The notes: generated by a model from the letters alone, not told the origin. A stretch of 64,000 nucleotides of DNA from Felis catus (GCF_018350175.1 NC_058369.1:7750001-7814000); one strand, 5' to 3'; shown: positions 11,701-28,865, counted from the stretch's first letter. Numbers and translations: made by a program.

Positions 11701-14700
11701 CCACCTTGAGCCCTGGCCTTTCCCCTCTATCCCTCTTCCCACCAACATACACTGGAGACCCAGCTTCCAGACTCCTCGTTCGCCCAGATCTCTACCCTAC
11801 CGTCTTCTTCGAGATCCTGGGTGCTCTTCCGAATCCAGCCTCATGCTCTGGATACCCCGTGTCTCCCTTGTCCCCTTCCGGGGTACCTCCCCACGCTCTG
11901 TTATGCACCCTGGTCCACGGACTGACATCTTCCTCACTCGTGGTCCGGAAAGACCCGATTTCCCCAACTGCCGTGACTCAGAGGAGCTATTCCCGCTCCA
12001 TCCGGAGCCCTGGCAACCGAGTCCCTCAGCTGTTACCGCGATTCCTTCCAAGAGCCCAGCCTTCTGTGTTCTCCCGGGTTTGGGGGGTCCTCACTTATGC
12101 TTGACTCAGTTTCACCTCCCCTTTGCCCTCGCCTCAACCTGTCTCCTCCGTCTCCGGCAAGAATCCTGAGAACCAGTTCGTTTTCCTTCCTCCACACGAG
12201 GTCCCCTCCTCCCATCGTTGCGGTGTGCGTCAAAGACCCCATCTTTCATCCCCTCCCCCCTCCCCCCATGCTTTCCCATCGCTCCATGGGCATCTTGGAG
12301 ACGGGGGTGTCTCCGCTGCCCCGTCCCAGAGACGCCCTCGAGGTTTGAACCCTGGGAGCGCGCCTGCAAACCTGAGGCCGGGACAGGATGCAGGGCTCCT
12401 GAGTTCTTTCTTGCCCCCTGCTAATTCCCTAAGAATCCCTGATTCGAATAGGGGCACTAAGATCCCAGGAAAGTGGCTCCCCAGGCTGAGCCCACGTTTC
12501 CCTGGGCAGCGGTCGCGCAGGAGCCCTTTTGGGCGGATCTGCAGCCCCGCGTGGCGCTCGTGGAGCGCGGGGGATCTTTGTGGCTGAATTGCAGCACTAA
12601 CTGCCCACGACCTGAGCGCGGTGGCCTGGAGACCTCGCTGCGCCGGAATGGGACCCAGAGGGGCTTGCGCTGGCTGGCTCGGCAGCTGGTGGACATCCGT
12701 GAGCCGGAGACCCAGCCTGTCTGCTTCTTCCGCTGCGCGCGGCGCACACTGCAGGCGCGTGGGCTCATTCGTACTTTCCGTGAGTTCTCAGCGGCCACGC
12801 TTACTCTACTACTTTCCCTCCCTTCCAAGCCCCGCCCCCTGGGTCACAGAGTCCTCCCCTTCGGGCTCCACCCTCTGGATCCCCACGCGCTCCCTCTCTG
12901 GGCCCCTGGTTCCACGCCACGTCCCTCTAAACCCCCGCGTTTCCAAAAAGCTGTGGTTACCCTTTCCAGAGCGGCCGGATCGTGTAGAGCTGCTGCCGCT
13001 GCCTGCCTGGCAGCCTGTGGGCGAGAACTTTACCCTGAGCTGTAGGGTCCCGGGCGCTGGGCCTCGTGGGAGCCTCACATTGACCCTGTTGCGGGGCGCC
13101 CAGGAGCTCATCCGTCGCAGCTTCGCGGGGGAGCCACCCCGAGCGCGGGGCGCTGTTCTTACAGCTACAGTACTGGCGCGAAGGGAGGACCATGGGGCTA
13201 ATTTCTCTTGCCGCGCGGAGCTGGACCTGAGGCCGCACGGCCTGGGGCTCTTTGAAAACAGCTCCGCCCCCAGACAGCTCCGAACCTTCGGTGAGTGAGT
13301 GTCGGGAGAAGGGGACCAAAAGGGGTCGGGCAAGTGTTAAGAAGTTTGGAGGCAGGGAAATCTGAATTCTAATCCTAATTCCAACATGCCCCAGCTGCAC
13401 GTTGTTTTCCCCTACGTGCCTTGAGGATAATACGATAAGACGGTGCATGGAACGTGCTTAGTACATACTGAGCGTTTGGTACATAAATTCAAGCTGTTCT
13501 GTGACTCCCAGCCCTGTCTCCGGACCGCCCGCGCCTCGCTGCCCCCCGACTCTTGGAAGTGGGCTCAGAAAGACCCGTGAGCTGCGCCTTGGACGAGCTA
13601 TTTCCAGCCTCGGAGGCTTGGGTCTACCTGGCGCTAGGGGATCAGAGGCTGAGTCCCGATATCACCTTCGAGGGGGACGCGCTTATGGCCACTGCCACAG
13701 CCACAGCTAGTGCAGAACAGGAGGGCGCCAGCCAGCTGGTCTGCAACGTGACCCTGGGGGGCGAGAGCCGCGAGACCCGGGAGAACGTGACTATTTACAG
13801 TAAGAGGGAGTGACGCGGACCCTGCGCGGTTGTGGGGTGGAGCCAGAGGAACGGGAAGGCGGGGCAAATAGTGGGCGGGGCCTTAGTATAGGAATAGGCG
13901 TGGCCCGAAAGTCCACAAGGGGTGACAGAGACTGAATAGCAGGCGGAATATGAGACGCCGGAAAGGGAAGGCCGCAAACCCAGCAAGGATCTCCGAAAGA
14001 TTTGGCGGAGACAACCTCAAGGGGGCGGGGCGAGATGGGGCGGAGCCTGCGCATCCCGAGGGGCGGAGCGCGGTACCCTCAGTTTGGCCGCAGAGCCGGG
14101 AGGGTTCGGGTAGATAAGGGTAAGCCTCGACCCGCAGGAGGGGCGTGGTCAAGGGATTCACCGCCAATGCCCTGTCCCCAGGCTTCCCGGCGCCGGTCCT
14201 GACCCTGAGCGAGCCCACCATCCCCGAAGGGAAGGTGGTGACAGTAACTTGCTCAGCTGGGGCCAGGGTCCTGGTCACACTGGACGGAATTTCAGCCGTG
14301 GTCCCGGGGCAGCCCACCCAGCTTCAGCTAAATGCCACCGAGGACGACGACAGGCGCAGCTTCTTCTGTGATGCCACTCTCGAGGTGGACGGGGAGACCC
14401 TAAGCAAGAACAAGAGCGCCGAACTCCGCGTCCTATGTGAGTTGGCCTTTAACCTCTCGCCTCCCCGTGATTTCCAAGGACCTGTCCAGTCCCTGGCCCT
14501 GCTGTGGAAGTGGGGCTTTTCCTCAAGGTCCATGTCCGGCTTCTCTGTATCCCACGCCCCTGCCTGCAGACGCCCCTCGGCTGGACGATTCGGACTGTCC
14601 CAGGAGCTGGACGTGGCCTGAGGGCCCAGAACAGACGCTACGCTGTGAAGCCCGAGGAAACCCCGCTCCCTCTGTGCACTGCGCACGGCCTGACAGCGGG

Positions 14701-17700
14701 GCAGTGCTGGCGCTGGGCCTGCTGGGTCCAGTCACTCGCGCTCTCGCCGGCACTTACCGCTGCACTGCGGCCAATGTCCAGGGCCAGGCAGTCAAGGACG
14801 TGACGCTGACGGTGGAGTGTGAGTGGGGGTGCACAGGGCGCATCTCTAACAGGGTCTAGGGGCAACTAAGCCTACAAGGAAGAGTGGGAACAGGATCTGA
14901 AGTGTGCCTTTGGGCAGGATTTTGGAAAAGGGAAGAGGCTGGCGAGTGGGATTAGGGGAAGATCTTGGGGAAAGAGGGAGAGGAAGAAGTAGACGTGTGC
15001 GACACGTCTGGGGTGCGACATCTGGACGGAGTCTTGGAAAGGGGGACTTTCCAAGCCCTCTAACAATTTTTAGGTCAAAGACTTGGGGACGGTCCTGTGG
15101 GCGCTTTGTAGGAATCAGAAAAAGGGCTCCAAACAGCTCACAGCTCGACCAGCGTGAAACCTCTTTGGTTCAGTGTCTTTGTGCCTGCCCAACACTTTGT
15201 GGCCGCCCTTGGACGGAAAAGGGGTCTAGGGACATTAGGCCAGTCCCTAAACCCCAAACCGAACAACATATCTTCCTCCAGATGCCCCAGCGCTGGACAG
15301 CGTGGGCTGCCCAGAACACATTACATGGCTGGAAGGAACAGAAGTCTCACTGAGCTGTGTGGCGCATGGAGTCCCGCCGCCGAGCGTGAGCTGTGTGCGC
15401 TCTGGGGAGGCCAGGGTCCTGGAGGGCCTGCTGCATGTGGTCCGGGAGCACGCAGGAACCTACCGCTGTGAAGCCACCAATGCTCGAGGTTCTGCAGCCA
15501 AAAATGTGGCTGTCACGGTGGAATGTGAGTGGGGACAACACGGGGCAGGATGGTAGGTGAGGATAACCCTGGCCTGACTTCCAGTCTCTGTGTGACCTTC
15601 TGCTCCCCAGATGGCCCCAGTTTTGAGGAGCTCAGCTGCCCCAGCAATTGGACATGGGTGGAAGGATCTGGGCAGCTGTTTTCTTGTGAGGGGGATGGAA
15701 AGCCAGAGCCAAGCGTGGAGTGCATCGGCTCAGAGGGCACCAGTGAAGGGATGCTGCTCCCACTGGCACCCCCAGACCCTAGTCCCAGAGTCCCCCGCAT
15801 CTCTAGTGAACTGGTACCTGGTATCTACGTCTGCAACGCTACCAACAGGCACGGCTCCGTGGTCAAGACAGTCGCCGTGAGCACGGAGTGTGAGCGGGGC
15901 CCAGGCTGGTGGGAAGTAGGGGTGCCCCAGGGTCCGCGCCCCCCCTAACGTCCCCCATGGCTGCTTTGCAGCGCCGCCGCAAATGGATGAGTCCACCTGC
16001 CCGAGTCACCAGACGTGGCTGGAAGGGACTGAGGCTGCCGCGCTGGCGTGCGCCGCCCGGGGTCGCCCCTCCCCACAAGTGCGCTGCTCCCGGGAGGGCG
16101 TGCCCAGGCCTCAGCGGCTGCGCGTGTCCCGAGAAGATGCGGGTACCTACCGCTGCTTGGCCACCAACACGCATGGCACGGACGCACGGACTGTCACCGT
16201 GGGCGTGGAATGTGAGTGGGAGCAGCACCAGATGGAGGGCGCCCGGTCCCCCAAACAGTGACTTGCAGCAGTAGGATTGCCCAAGACAGTTCAAGGGCAC
16301 CTCCCCAGACCCCTTCCTGGGGACAAGAATTCCTCATCTAAACCTGAGGAGAATGAAAACTCTAGGGAACAGGAGCCCGGGCCCCCTCAAGTTCTAGGTC
16401 AAAAGGGCACTGGTGTAGGGCCCCACTTCTCATTCCTTGAGGCAGGGCACAGGATTTTAGTGCTGATGACAGACTATGGGGAGAGGTGGCTCTGGTGGGA
16501 GGCAGGGTCCTCGCCTGCCCATCTGAAGAAGGGTGCTCTCAGATTGTGGTTGGGTGGAAGGTCAGTAGGTCAGTGGCTGGACCGGCTCTGAGCGGCCCCT
16601 CCAACCTCCTGTCCCCTGCAGACCGCCCGGTGGTGGCCGAGTTGGCAGCCTCGCCTCCTGGAGGCGTGCGGCCAGGTGGGAACTTCACGTTGACCTGCCG
16701 CGCGGAGGCCTGGCCCCCAGCCCAGATCAGCTGGCGCGCGCCCCCGGGGGCGCCCAACATCGGCCTCTCGAGTAACAACAGCACGCTGAGCGTGGCGGGC
16801 GCCATGGGTAGCCACGGCGGCGAGTACGAGTGCGCAGCCACCAACGCGCATGGGCGCCACGCGCGGCGCATCACAGTGCGCGTGGCTGGTGAGTGGCGGC
16901 TGGAGGGGCGGGGCGAGGGATCTCCAGGGGGCGTGGCCTGCGGCTTGGGGCCCCTGAACCCGGTCCTTGTTTCCGCTCTCATTCCGCCGCACCCGAGACT
17001 GAAGTGTGCCGGGGCCGAAGTCAGGGGCGCCCTGGCGAGTGGGGTTTCGATGGCGGCTTGGGGGCGGAAGGTGGAGGGAGGACTGGAGCTCACGGGGAGG
17101 GACCCTCCAGGGCTGTGATGGCTGTCGGAAGGAGCTTATTAACTTGGGGGTCGGTTTTGTGTGATAAGAGACTTGATCTAATAATTCGCCCTTCACTGCG
17201 TCGCTGTGGAGAAGGTGGGTTGGAGAGGGACCTAGAGCAGAGGAGGCGGGTGAGGGGGGCCCTCGCCAAGATCCCTTCCCCCTACTTCGCGTATCTCTGT
17301 GGTTTTTCCGGGTGAAGGAATGACCCGGTCTCCCCCCACCTTCATCCTTTTGGGGGTGAGTTGGTTGACTTGTGGGTATCTCTGGGGCTAGGGGCTTCTA
17401 TCCAATGCCGAGATGACAGTCCTCGGGGTCGGGGCGCTCGGGGTAGCCTTCCGGGCTTTCTCCTATCCCCCACCCCGCGCTGTGAGTTCCCTGGGGTTCT
17501 CTGCCAGGCCCGGGAGGTCTGACCTTGTGCCTGCGGGGAGGGAAAAGAGGAGGCCGGGCTTGGGAGCCTTGAGCCTGTCCACCCTCTTTGAGGATCTCCA
17601 CCCCGCAGGTCCGTGGCTGTGGGTCGCCGTGGGCGGCGCGGCGGGGGGCGCAGCGCTGCTGGCCGCGGGGGCCGGCCTGGCCTTCTACGTGCAGTCCACC

Positions 17701-17886
17701 GCTTGCAAGAAGGGCGAGTATAACGTGCAGGAGGCCGAAAGCTCTGGTGAGGCTGTGTGTCTCAACGGCGCGGGCGGCGGCGCTGGAGGGAGCACGGCCG
17801 CAGCCGAAGGTGGAACCGAGGCTGCGGGCACCGCGGAGGCGCAGGCCGGGGGCGAGGTCTTTGCCATCCAGCTGACGTCAGCGTGA
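11500..17886 (+). CDS. ICAM5: Intercellular adhesion molecule 5 (telencephalin), 923 aa. Exons 11500-11581, 12510-12779, 12970-13290, 13512-13799, 14182-14436, 14570-14818, 15282-15524, 15611-15889, 15972-16211, 16622-16888, 17609-17886
   Basis: Signal peptide MPGPSPGL..., nine phase-1 Ig exons, [30 protein letters not shown] and C-terminus [11 protein letters not shown]. Exon lengths sum to 2772 nt, in frame. Confidence 0.98.
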
Positions 17887-17940
17887 GCCCGCTCCCCTCT
17901 CCCCGCGGGCCGGGGGACGCCCCCCAGAGGCACAGGGGGG

Positions 17941-18041
17941 TTTACTTATTGTTCTATTTATTTATGTATTTATTTATTTATTCACTTATTTATTCAATTC
18001 CAGGGGCGTCATCCCCTTTTTCTACCCCGCCCCCCAATAAA
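17941..18041 (+). terminator. ICAM5 3'UTR AU-rich cluster and polyA signal
   Basis: Overlapping ATTTA repeats at ~17955-17995; AATAAA at 18036-18041. Confidence 0.75.
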
Positions 18042-20409
18042 GTTTTTATAAAGGACTCTGGGTCCGTCTGCTTCAGTCTGCGATGTGGAAGCAGCCCAAG
18101 GTTCCAATGCCAACCCCGCGGGATATTCCTAAATAAACTATTTTTGCTTGTTTGTTTTTGAGGGCCTACTATGTGTCAGGCGTAGTGCAAGCCGCCTTCA
18201 TGCGGTGTGACCCGGGGCTTGCTCTCTCGGTGTCCAGTTTCCTGCTCTCAGCTGACCCTTGGGCCGGGGTGGGGACCGCACTCCTTCCTCCAGCTCCCTA
18301 CCCTTTATCTCTTCCGCCCAGAGCGCTGCCCTCTAACCCAGCTAACACTTGGTGGGGGGGGGGGGGAGCTAGGTGATTCCCCCAGGCCTGGTTCCGGGAA
18401 GAGCTAAAGCTGCCTCCCCAGGATGGGTGGAGGCCCCTCCCAGGGGTCTGGACACGGGGCTCCCGTCCTGAGGCCTCGCCAGGATGAGTAAATGCAAACA
18501 GGGACTGCAGTTATGAGCGTCAGCCCCCAAAATGTTCCTCCCGTTAAAGGGTGCATCCCTGCCCCCACCCTCAATGCCTTCTCCATCCTGTGTCCATCCA
18601 CGGTGTCTCAGTTTACCCCTAACCTGCCTTTTGACTGCCCATCACGACTCACAAGAGACACGGCAGTATCAGCTGCAACCGCACCCCCCCCCCCTCCGCA
18701 CAGCACCACCTCCCTCACCGCCCGGCAGCATAAGGAGAGAACAGCTGGACCTCCCCCCACCCTTGCAGTCTCTGCTTCTCTCCAAAGCAGGAACAGAGCC
18801 GGAGAGAAGGAAACAGTCCTGGACAGCTCCCACTCCATCAGCTGCCCCAGGCAAACATTTCCCGAGCAAAGGTAAGAGCAGGAAACGGGGGTTGGGCTGG
18901 GGGGCCGCCGAGAGGCCTAGTCAGGGTACAGAAGGAGAAAAGGCACAAGCCTGGTGCAGCCCCTACTGTCACACACACCCTTAACCACCTCTCTCCACTC
19001 CCACCAGCCTCTTCTCGATTCCTCGGAGTCCCACAAGGTCCCACCTGCCACAGGGCCTTTGCTTTTGCCATTCACTCTGCCTGGACTGTCTTCATCTTCA
19101 AGTCCCACAGCTAGTTCCTTACCCCCAGGTCTCTACACAGATGTCAGAGAGGCCTTGGCTGTCCCCCCTCAGAGAGGTAGCCCCCCAACTCCTATCTCCT
19201 TACATACTTTATTTTCTCTAAATAAAGCACCAGCCACTACTTGCCATTCGACTAGATATTTAATTATTTGTTTACTGTCACGTTAGAATTTTGGCTTCAC
19301 TAGAGCGGGGACCTTTGTTCTATTTACCATATAGTGTCCCCGCTGGCCTGGCACACAGGAGTTGCTCCATAAATGCTGAATAAATGGGTAAAAACAGCCG
19401 GGAGTTCACACACAGTCTGAGACCTCTGTGTGTTCAATGTGTATCCCCAAGGAACTTCATGCTGGGCACTGGGGTGGCCTGTCATGGTCAGGGACACAGA
19501 TGTGGCTTTGCACCTCTGAAATCACGGTCCAGGTGGGGAGCTGAATGTGAATGAAATAAGCTCAGAGTAGTAGAGACTTGAAAATTCTGGTATGTTTTTG
19601 TTTTTGTTTTTTTTTTTTTTTTTTTAATTCTGGTAGGTTCTAAGAGGGAGACCAGTGAGGAGCTGAACTAGAGCCTGACATAGCATGGGATTGGGGTGTC
19701 TATTTTAGACTGGGTGGTCAAGGAAGACTTCTCTGAATATGTGGTGCGGGGCTGAGCTCTGCCCCCCAGTCATGAGAAGGCAGCGGCTATGGGGAGACAG
19801 GGCGGGAGGGGGTTCTGAGCTGAGGAAGAGTGAGACCGAATGAGTCAGGGATCTGAGGGCTGAGGAATCCCGGGCCCAGGCCTTCCCCGTGGGCTCACCC
19901 GGGAGAGACAAAGGGGGTTTCACCTTCCTGGAGTATGTGGCCAGGCAGGTCTCACTCACTGTCACGGGGGGTGACATCCCCACCCTGGCTGCAGCCCACC
20001 CATCCTCCCAGTGAGCACGGGTGTCCTGTGTGTCCAGGGCCCTCCTCTCCCACGTGGCTTTTGGCTTCAGGCTAGGGACACACTTTGATGGGGTGACAGA
20101 GACCTTGAAAGAGGAGCAGTGGGGCACAGAAGGGACTGGTATGCGTAGAGACATGGGAAGGTGACATTCTGCAGGCAGGGGGAGAGCTGACAGATAGAGG
20201 GCCCAGGGTGTGGATATCACCGTGTGCCAATGTGTGTCATCTAGGTGTATTTCCTGTGTGTTGTCACGTGTGTGTGTCAGCAGGTGTGAGTATCAGTGCA
20301 TGTTTCTGGCTAGTGTGTGGTCTGTCTCATGTGAGTGTCAGCACGTGTGAGCTTGTCCATGTGTCTTGTGTGTGTGTGAAGGCGTGTGTCAGCCCCACTC
20401 ATGTATTTG

Positions 20410-20765
20410 TCTTGCCTTTTTGTTTTTAATGTTTGTTTATTTTTGAGAGAGAAAGAGAGAGAGTGAGCGGGGGGGGGGGGGGGGGAGGGGCAGAGAGAGA
20501 GAGAGAGGGAGACAGAGAATCCGAAGCAGGTTTCTATGGCGCTGAAGCCGGATGTGGGGCTCAAACCCACAAACCGTGACCGTGACCTGAACTGAGCCGA
20601 AGTCAGACGCTCAACCGACTGAGCCGCCCAAGGCGGTGCCCCTGTCTCTCTCTCTTTTTAAGATCTTATTTTTGTAAGTAATCTCTACCCTCAACGTGGG
20701 GCTTGATCCCACAACCCCGAGGTCAAGAGTCGCCCACTCCATGGGCTGAGCCAGCCAGGCGCCCC
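20410..20765 (-). mobile_element. Two adjacent Can-SINEs
   Basis: Reverse-complement SINE heads ending near 20640 and 20765. Confidence 0.85.
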
Positions 20766-20995
20766 ATGTGTGTGTCTGTCTACTGTTGTCTGTCTCTGCG
20801 TGTGGTGGCTGTCGCCCTGTATGGGGAGTTGCGGTGAAGGTGACTAATTCCCTGTGGGGCGGCTGGTGCCCGTATACACGACTCTGTGTGTGTCCCTCAG
20901 AATCCGAATGAGAAAACACCTGCCCCCACGTGCCTGCGTGCGTGAGACGCGATCGACCCCCGAGTCACGGTGCTTTTCTCAGAGTCGTTTTGTTC

Positions 20996-21001
20996 TTTAT
21001 T
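20996..21001 (-). terminator. Probable ZGLP1 polyA signal
   Basis: TTTATT on + (AATAAA on -), ~295 nt past the stop codon. Confidence 0.6.
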
Positions 21002-21296
21002 GTTACTGCTGTCAACAATATGAGTGTCACTGCTGAGGACATTTTCTGAAGAGAGGCTCAGCCAAGCCGGATTGGACCAGGGGCCAAGATGGGGCACAGT
21101 GGCCCCCTGAGACAGGGGCTCTGGAGCCGGAGGCCTGGGTCTTCCACCTGGGATCCCTGAAGGGGAGGGGGCAGAGAGGAGGAAGGCTAGACCCCCAAAG
21201 ACTCCAGCTGTTTCCCCACTCCTCCCAGGAGGGCTCCTGCCCATCTCCTCCCTGGAGAAACTGAGTCCGGATGGGCTCAGCTAGGTGAGGAAGGGC

Positions 21297-23696
21297 TTAC
21301 CCTTCCTGAGCCGGGCCTTGGTGGGGGCCCAGGGACACCCCACATCTGCCACATAACTTCTTGGGCTGGACGCTCTTCCTGGGCACCAGCCAGCAGCTGG
21401 AGCAGCGGGTGCCATATTTTTTGTACCTGGGGTGGGGGGTACAAGAAACCAACATCAGGATGCAGCAGGGGCCCAGAAACTGCCTCAAGGGAACCACTTT
21501 CCCCGAGGGTGTTTCCCTTCCCGGCACCCCACACTGGCTAAGCATCCAAACTCCTCCTCCGTTCTGAGGACCTGATACCACACGCATTGCAGAGAGGGGT
21601 CCCGTCTTCAGCATCTCTCCAGAGTGGGGTCCTCTGGGTCCTACAGGAAGCACAGCACCGGGGCCCTGAAGGGGCAGAGGTCAGGGTAAGGGGCAGAGGC
21701 CAAGAGTCTGGGCTCAGGAGGCCCGTGCAGGTGGGGCATGTTGTTGGAGTCTCGACGAGGGCCCCACCCGGCTCCGGGCCAGCCCTGGGTATTACCAGAT
21801 CTAAAGCAGAGGGAAAGCCAGGAAGGGAGACAGATGGCAAAGCTAAACAGAGGAGGAAACCGGGGGTGGGGGTGACTCAGCTCGAGTGGAGGGAGGTGCA
21901 CCATGACTCCTTCTGGATGGGTCTAAATGGGGAAGCAGGACGGGAAGACAGAGACGATGGGAAATTGCCTCCCCCCACAAATATTTATAGCTGTCAAGTC
22001 TCCGGGACTCACCCAGGGCCTCGCCGCCTCCTGAGTTGGCCTCAGGGCCCCCCGCAGGGCCTGTGGAGGGACCCTGGGAGCGGCTAGTGCAGGTCAGGCT
22101 GGAGAATAGACAGGAGTTAGCACTGGGGGATCTGTATCTCGTCCAGGGCAGCGCCCCTCGATGATGAAGATGATTCACTGTCCGGGCATCAGGCATCCCC
22201 CGAGGAGGCTTCTGATGTCTGAAAGGCCTGACCTTGCCCCTCGTTAGCAATAATAATGGTGATTATCATATGAAGAGGTAGGAAGCCTGGGGCCAGCCTG
22301 CCAGTTTGAGATCCTAATTCTCCCAAGTTCCCACCTCGTGACTCTGGACAAGTGATCTCACCCTCTGCACCTCAGTTTCCAGATCTGTAAAATGGGATTC
22401 ACGAGGCTTTAATGAGCCCATACACATCAAGTGCTGCCTGTTACCTCTTATTGTTGTTCCTGACAAATGGCAGTCATTAACATTATTGAAAAAAGTAACA
22501 GTAGCGACGGCCCTCAGGATGGTCGGGCCCATCTCATAAAGCCAGTGACCGATGCTCGCCGACTTCGGCTCGGGTCACAGTCTCACGGTTCACGAGTTCG
22601 TGCCCCATGCTGGGCTCTGTGCTGATGGCTCAGAGCCTGGAGCCTGCTTTGGATTCCGTGTCACCCTCTCCCTCTCTGCCCCTTCCCCGCTTTTGTGCTC
22701 TCTCTCAAAAATGAATACATTGAAAAAAAAAAAAAAAAAAAAAAGGAACCTGCGCTCAGACCAGAACGTCGCTGGATCAGAGCAGCAGGGCTGGGACCGG
22801 CACCAGCCTGAGGTCTCGCTCAGAGATGAGCCCTTTGTAACTGTAGGGCTGGCGTGGGCATCCATGAGCAGATGCCTGGAGGTCCCTGCCCCCACCATTA
22901 TCACTATAACTTGCAAAAAGGGCGCCCTCCTCTGGGCCAGCCCCTACCTGTAGCTGGCTAGGATCTGGAGGCTGGAATCCGGCTTTATTTGAAACTTCAG
23001 GGTCACCCCCTCAAACCGGGGATCCACTCTCTCAGCGCCCGGGTGGGGCTTTGACTGCTTCCGGGGCCTCCTCTGGGGTAGGGCTGAGGGGGCTGGGGGA
23101 GCCTCCGGGGGCCTCGAGCTGCAGCATTGCTGGCCGATTGGGGTCAGCATGTTCTCGGCATCCCTTGCCAGAGGCGAAGGTCCCAGAGACTCCAAGGCCT
23201 TCAGCTCCCGGCAGGCCCCCAGGGTTTGGGTGTCCTGGGCAGGGCGCTGGACCAGCCCCTCTGCTGTTTCTTGGAGAAAACGCAGGGCAGTGACGGAGTC
23301 CTGGCGTGCAGGCCAGAAGGACCTGGGGACAAGGGACAGTGTGGGCAGCACCTGTGCAGTGTTCAGAGACATGGGCTAAGGGGATTGCGTGGCCTCTGAC
23401 CCCCATATGACCCCAACTCTCCCTGGGGACCAGAACTTCTTCTTTTTTAAGCACCAGTAACTAACACCGTGACCCCTGGATAACCCCAGGAACCAGAGGT
23501 CCCGACCCTTTGACCACTGGGTCAGGTTTGGGGAAGGGGCCGCTCCTTCCTTCACGCACCTGCCATTGGGTCTGGGGCATCCTGGGGTCCTTGGTGCCTG
23601 CTGAAGAGGGGGCGCCCGAGACGCCTTAGGGTCCGGACACGGCGGCGCCAGCAGCTCCTGGAGCTTGGAGAAGTCTGGGACAGGCCGGGCCTCCAT
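21297..23696 (-). CDS. ZGLP1: Zinc finger GATA-like protein 1, 273 aa. Exons 23696-23560, 23322-22948, 22098-22013, 21665-21572, 21426-21297
   Basis: GATA-type finger CASCRTQRTPLWRDAEDGTPLCNACGIR|YKKYGTRCSSCWLVPRK and conserved block RRPRKQ...VDPRFEGVTLKFQIKPDSSLQI. Exon lengths sum to 822 nt with consistent phases. The first-exon choice is less certain (see findings). Confidence 0.92.
22550..22745 (+). mobile_element. 5'-truncated Can-SINE in ZGLP1 intron 2
   Basis: SINE body and long A tail. Confidence 0.85.
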
Positions 23697-24219
23697 CGCG
23701 CCCCGGCCCAGCCCCACCTCCCCCGCCCCGATCGCGCCCGGCCCCGCCCACCCTGGGCCCACTCGATGAGCCCCACCTGAGGGGAGCAGGACGCGCCTGG
23801 CGGGGGCGCCTCTGCAGAGGGTGCAATGAGCCCCACCTGGGCGGGGCCAGCGGGGGTCGGGCGCCTCTAGCAGGCGATGCTCGGCACCCGGTTCCCAGCG
23901 CCGCGGGCCAGCCTCGGTGCCACTCTGGCCACCCGGCTCAGGTGGACTTCGCACCCCGCCGGGCCGGCCCGGACCCCTCCGAATCCCTCCGCGGCGGTGG
24001 GGGCGGGGCCTTGCCACGCCGATCCACGTGTGCTCAGGCCCCCACGCCCTCTCCTCCCGGGAGGTTCCAGGTCTCCGCCCCGGTGGTCCCCCACCCCCGC
24101 GGCCCCATCGCTGCTATGAGAGGGCAGAGTTGGGGGTCCAGGTGAAGAAGATGCAGCCATAGACCCCAGGCCTGCCCGCCCCCGAGGACACTCAAGATGC
24201 TGGAGGTCTGTGAGACAGT

Positions 24220-24225
24220 TTTATT
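24220..24225 (-). terminator. FDX2 polyA signal
   Basis: AATAAA on -, ~245 nt past the stop codon. Confidence 0.75.
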
Positions 24226-24468
24226 GTCATTCCAGTCAGATTCCACCCCATCCACACACTGATTCTCCTGAGTTTGGGGGAGGCTCCCGGGCAGGGGTTG
24301 GTGCCCCTCCCACCCCCCAACCAGAGCCTGGACATGGGATCTGAAGCAGGGGCTTTGGGCTTCTGGCTGCTCCCAACATCTCTCTCGGGCCTGTCCACGC
24401 TCTGGGCTGGGCGGGCGGCTTGGCTATTCTTCCAGTCCTGGCCCCGAGGGCCACGACGGCTGCCCACG

Positions 24469-28601
<4,133 letters not shown>

Positions 28602-28859
28602 CACGTGACCCGGGACTGGGCATGCCCAGTGGCAGCCGCGCGACCAAAGCGCCCGTAATTGCCCGACTATAAGCCCTGTCGTTTGCGTGGGGCTCGTGAG
28701 AGGAAGGGCTTCAGGAAGGAACTGCCAAGGTAGGAGGGAGCCAGGCTAGCTCACCCACACAAAAGTCCTGTGGGGCCATCCCTGACCTCCCACCCAGACC
28801 CACTGTTTGTCCCAAGAACCAGCCAGCTCTGCTTTCTTTAAAACCATTTACTTACAAAC

Positions 28860-28865
28860 TTTAAT
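28860..28865 (-). terminator. Probable RAVER1 polyA signal (ATTAAA)
   Basis: TTTAAT on +, the last such hexamer before the FDX2 promoter. Confidence 0.55.

Noticed and set aside
12970-13290. ICAM5 D2 exon as a third partner in the conversion
   Set aside because: It is homologous but has many amino-acid differences and a 15-nt length difference; ordinary paralogy.
15286-15303. REST/NRSE-like half-sites near ICAM5 (also ~18813-18830)
   Set aside because: Half-site spacing and left half do not fit the consensus.
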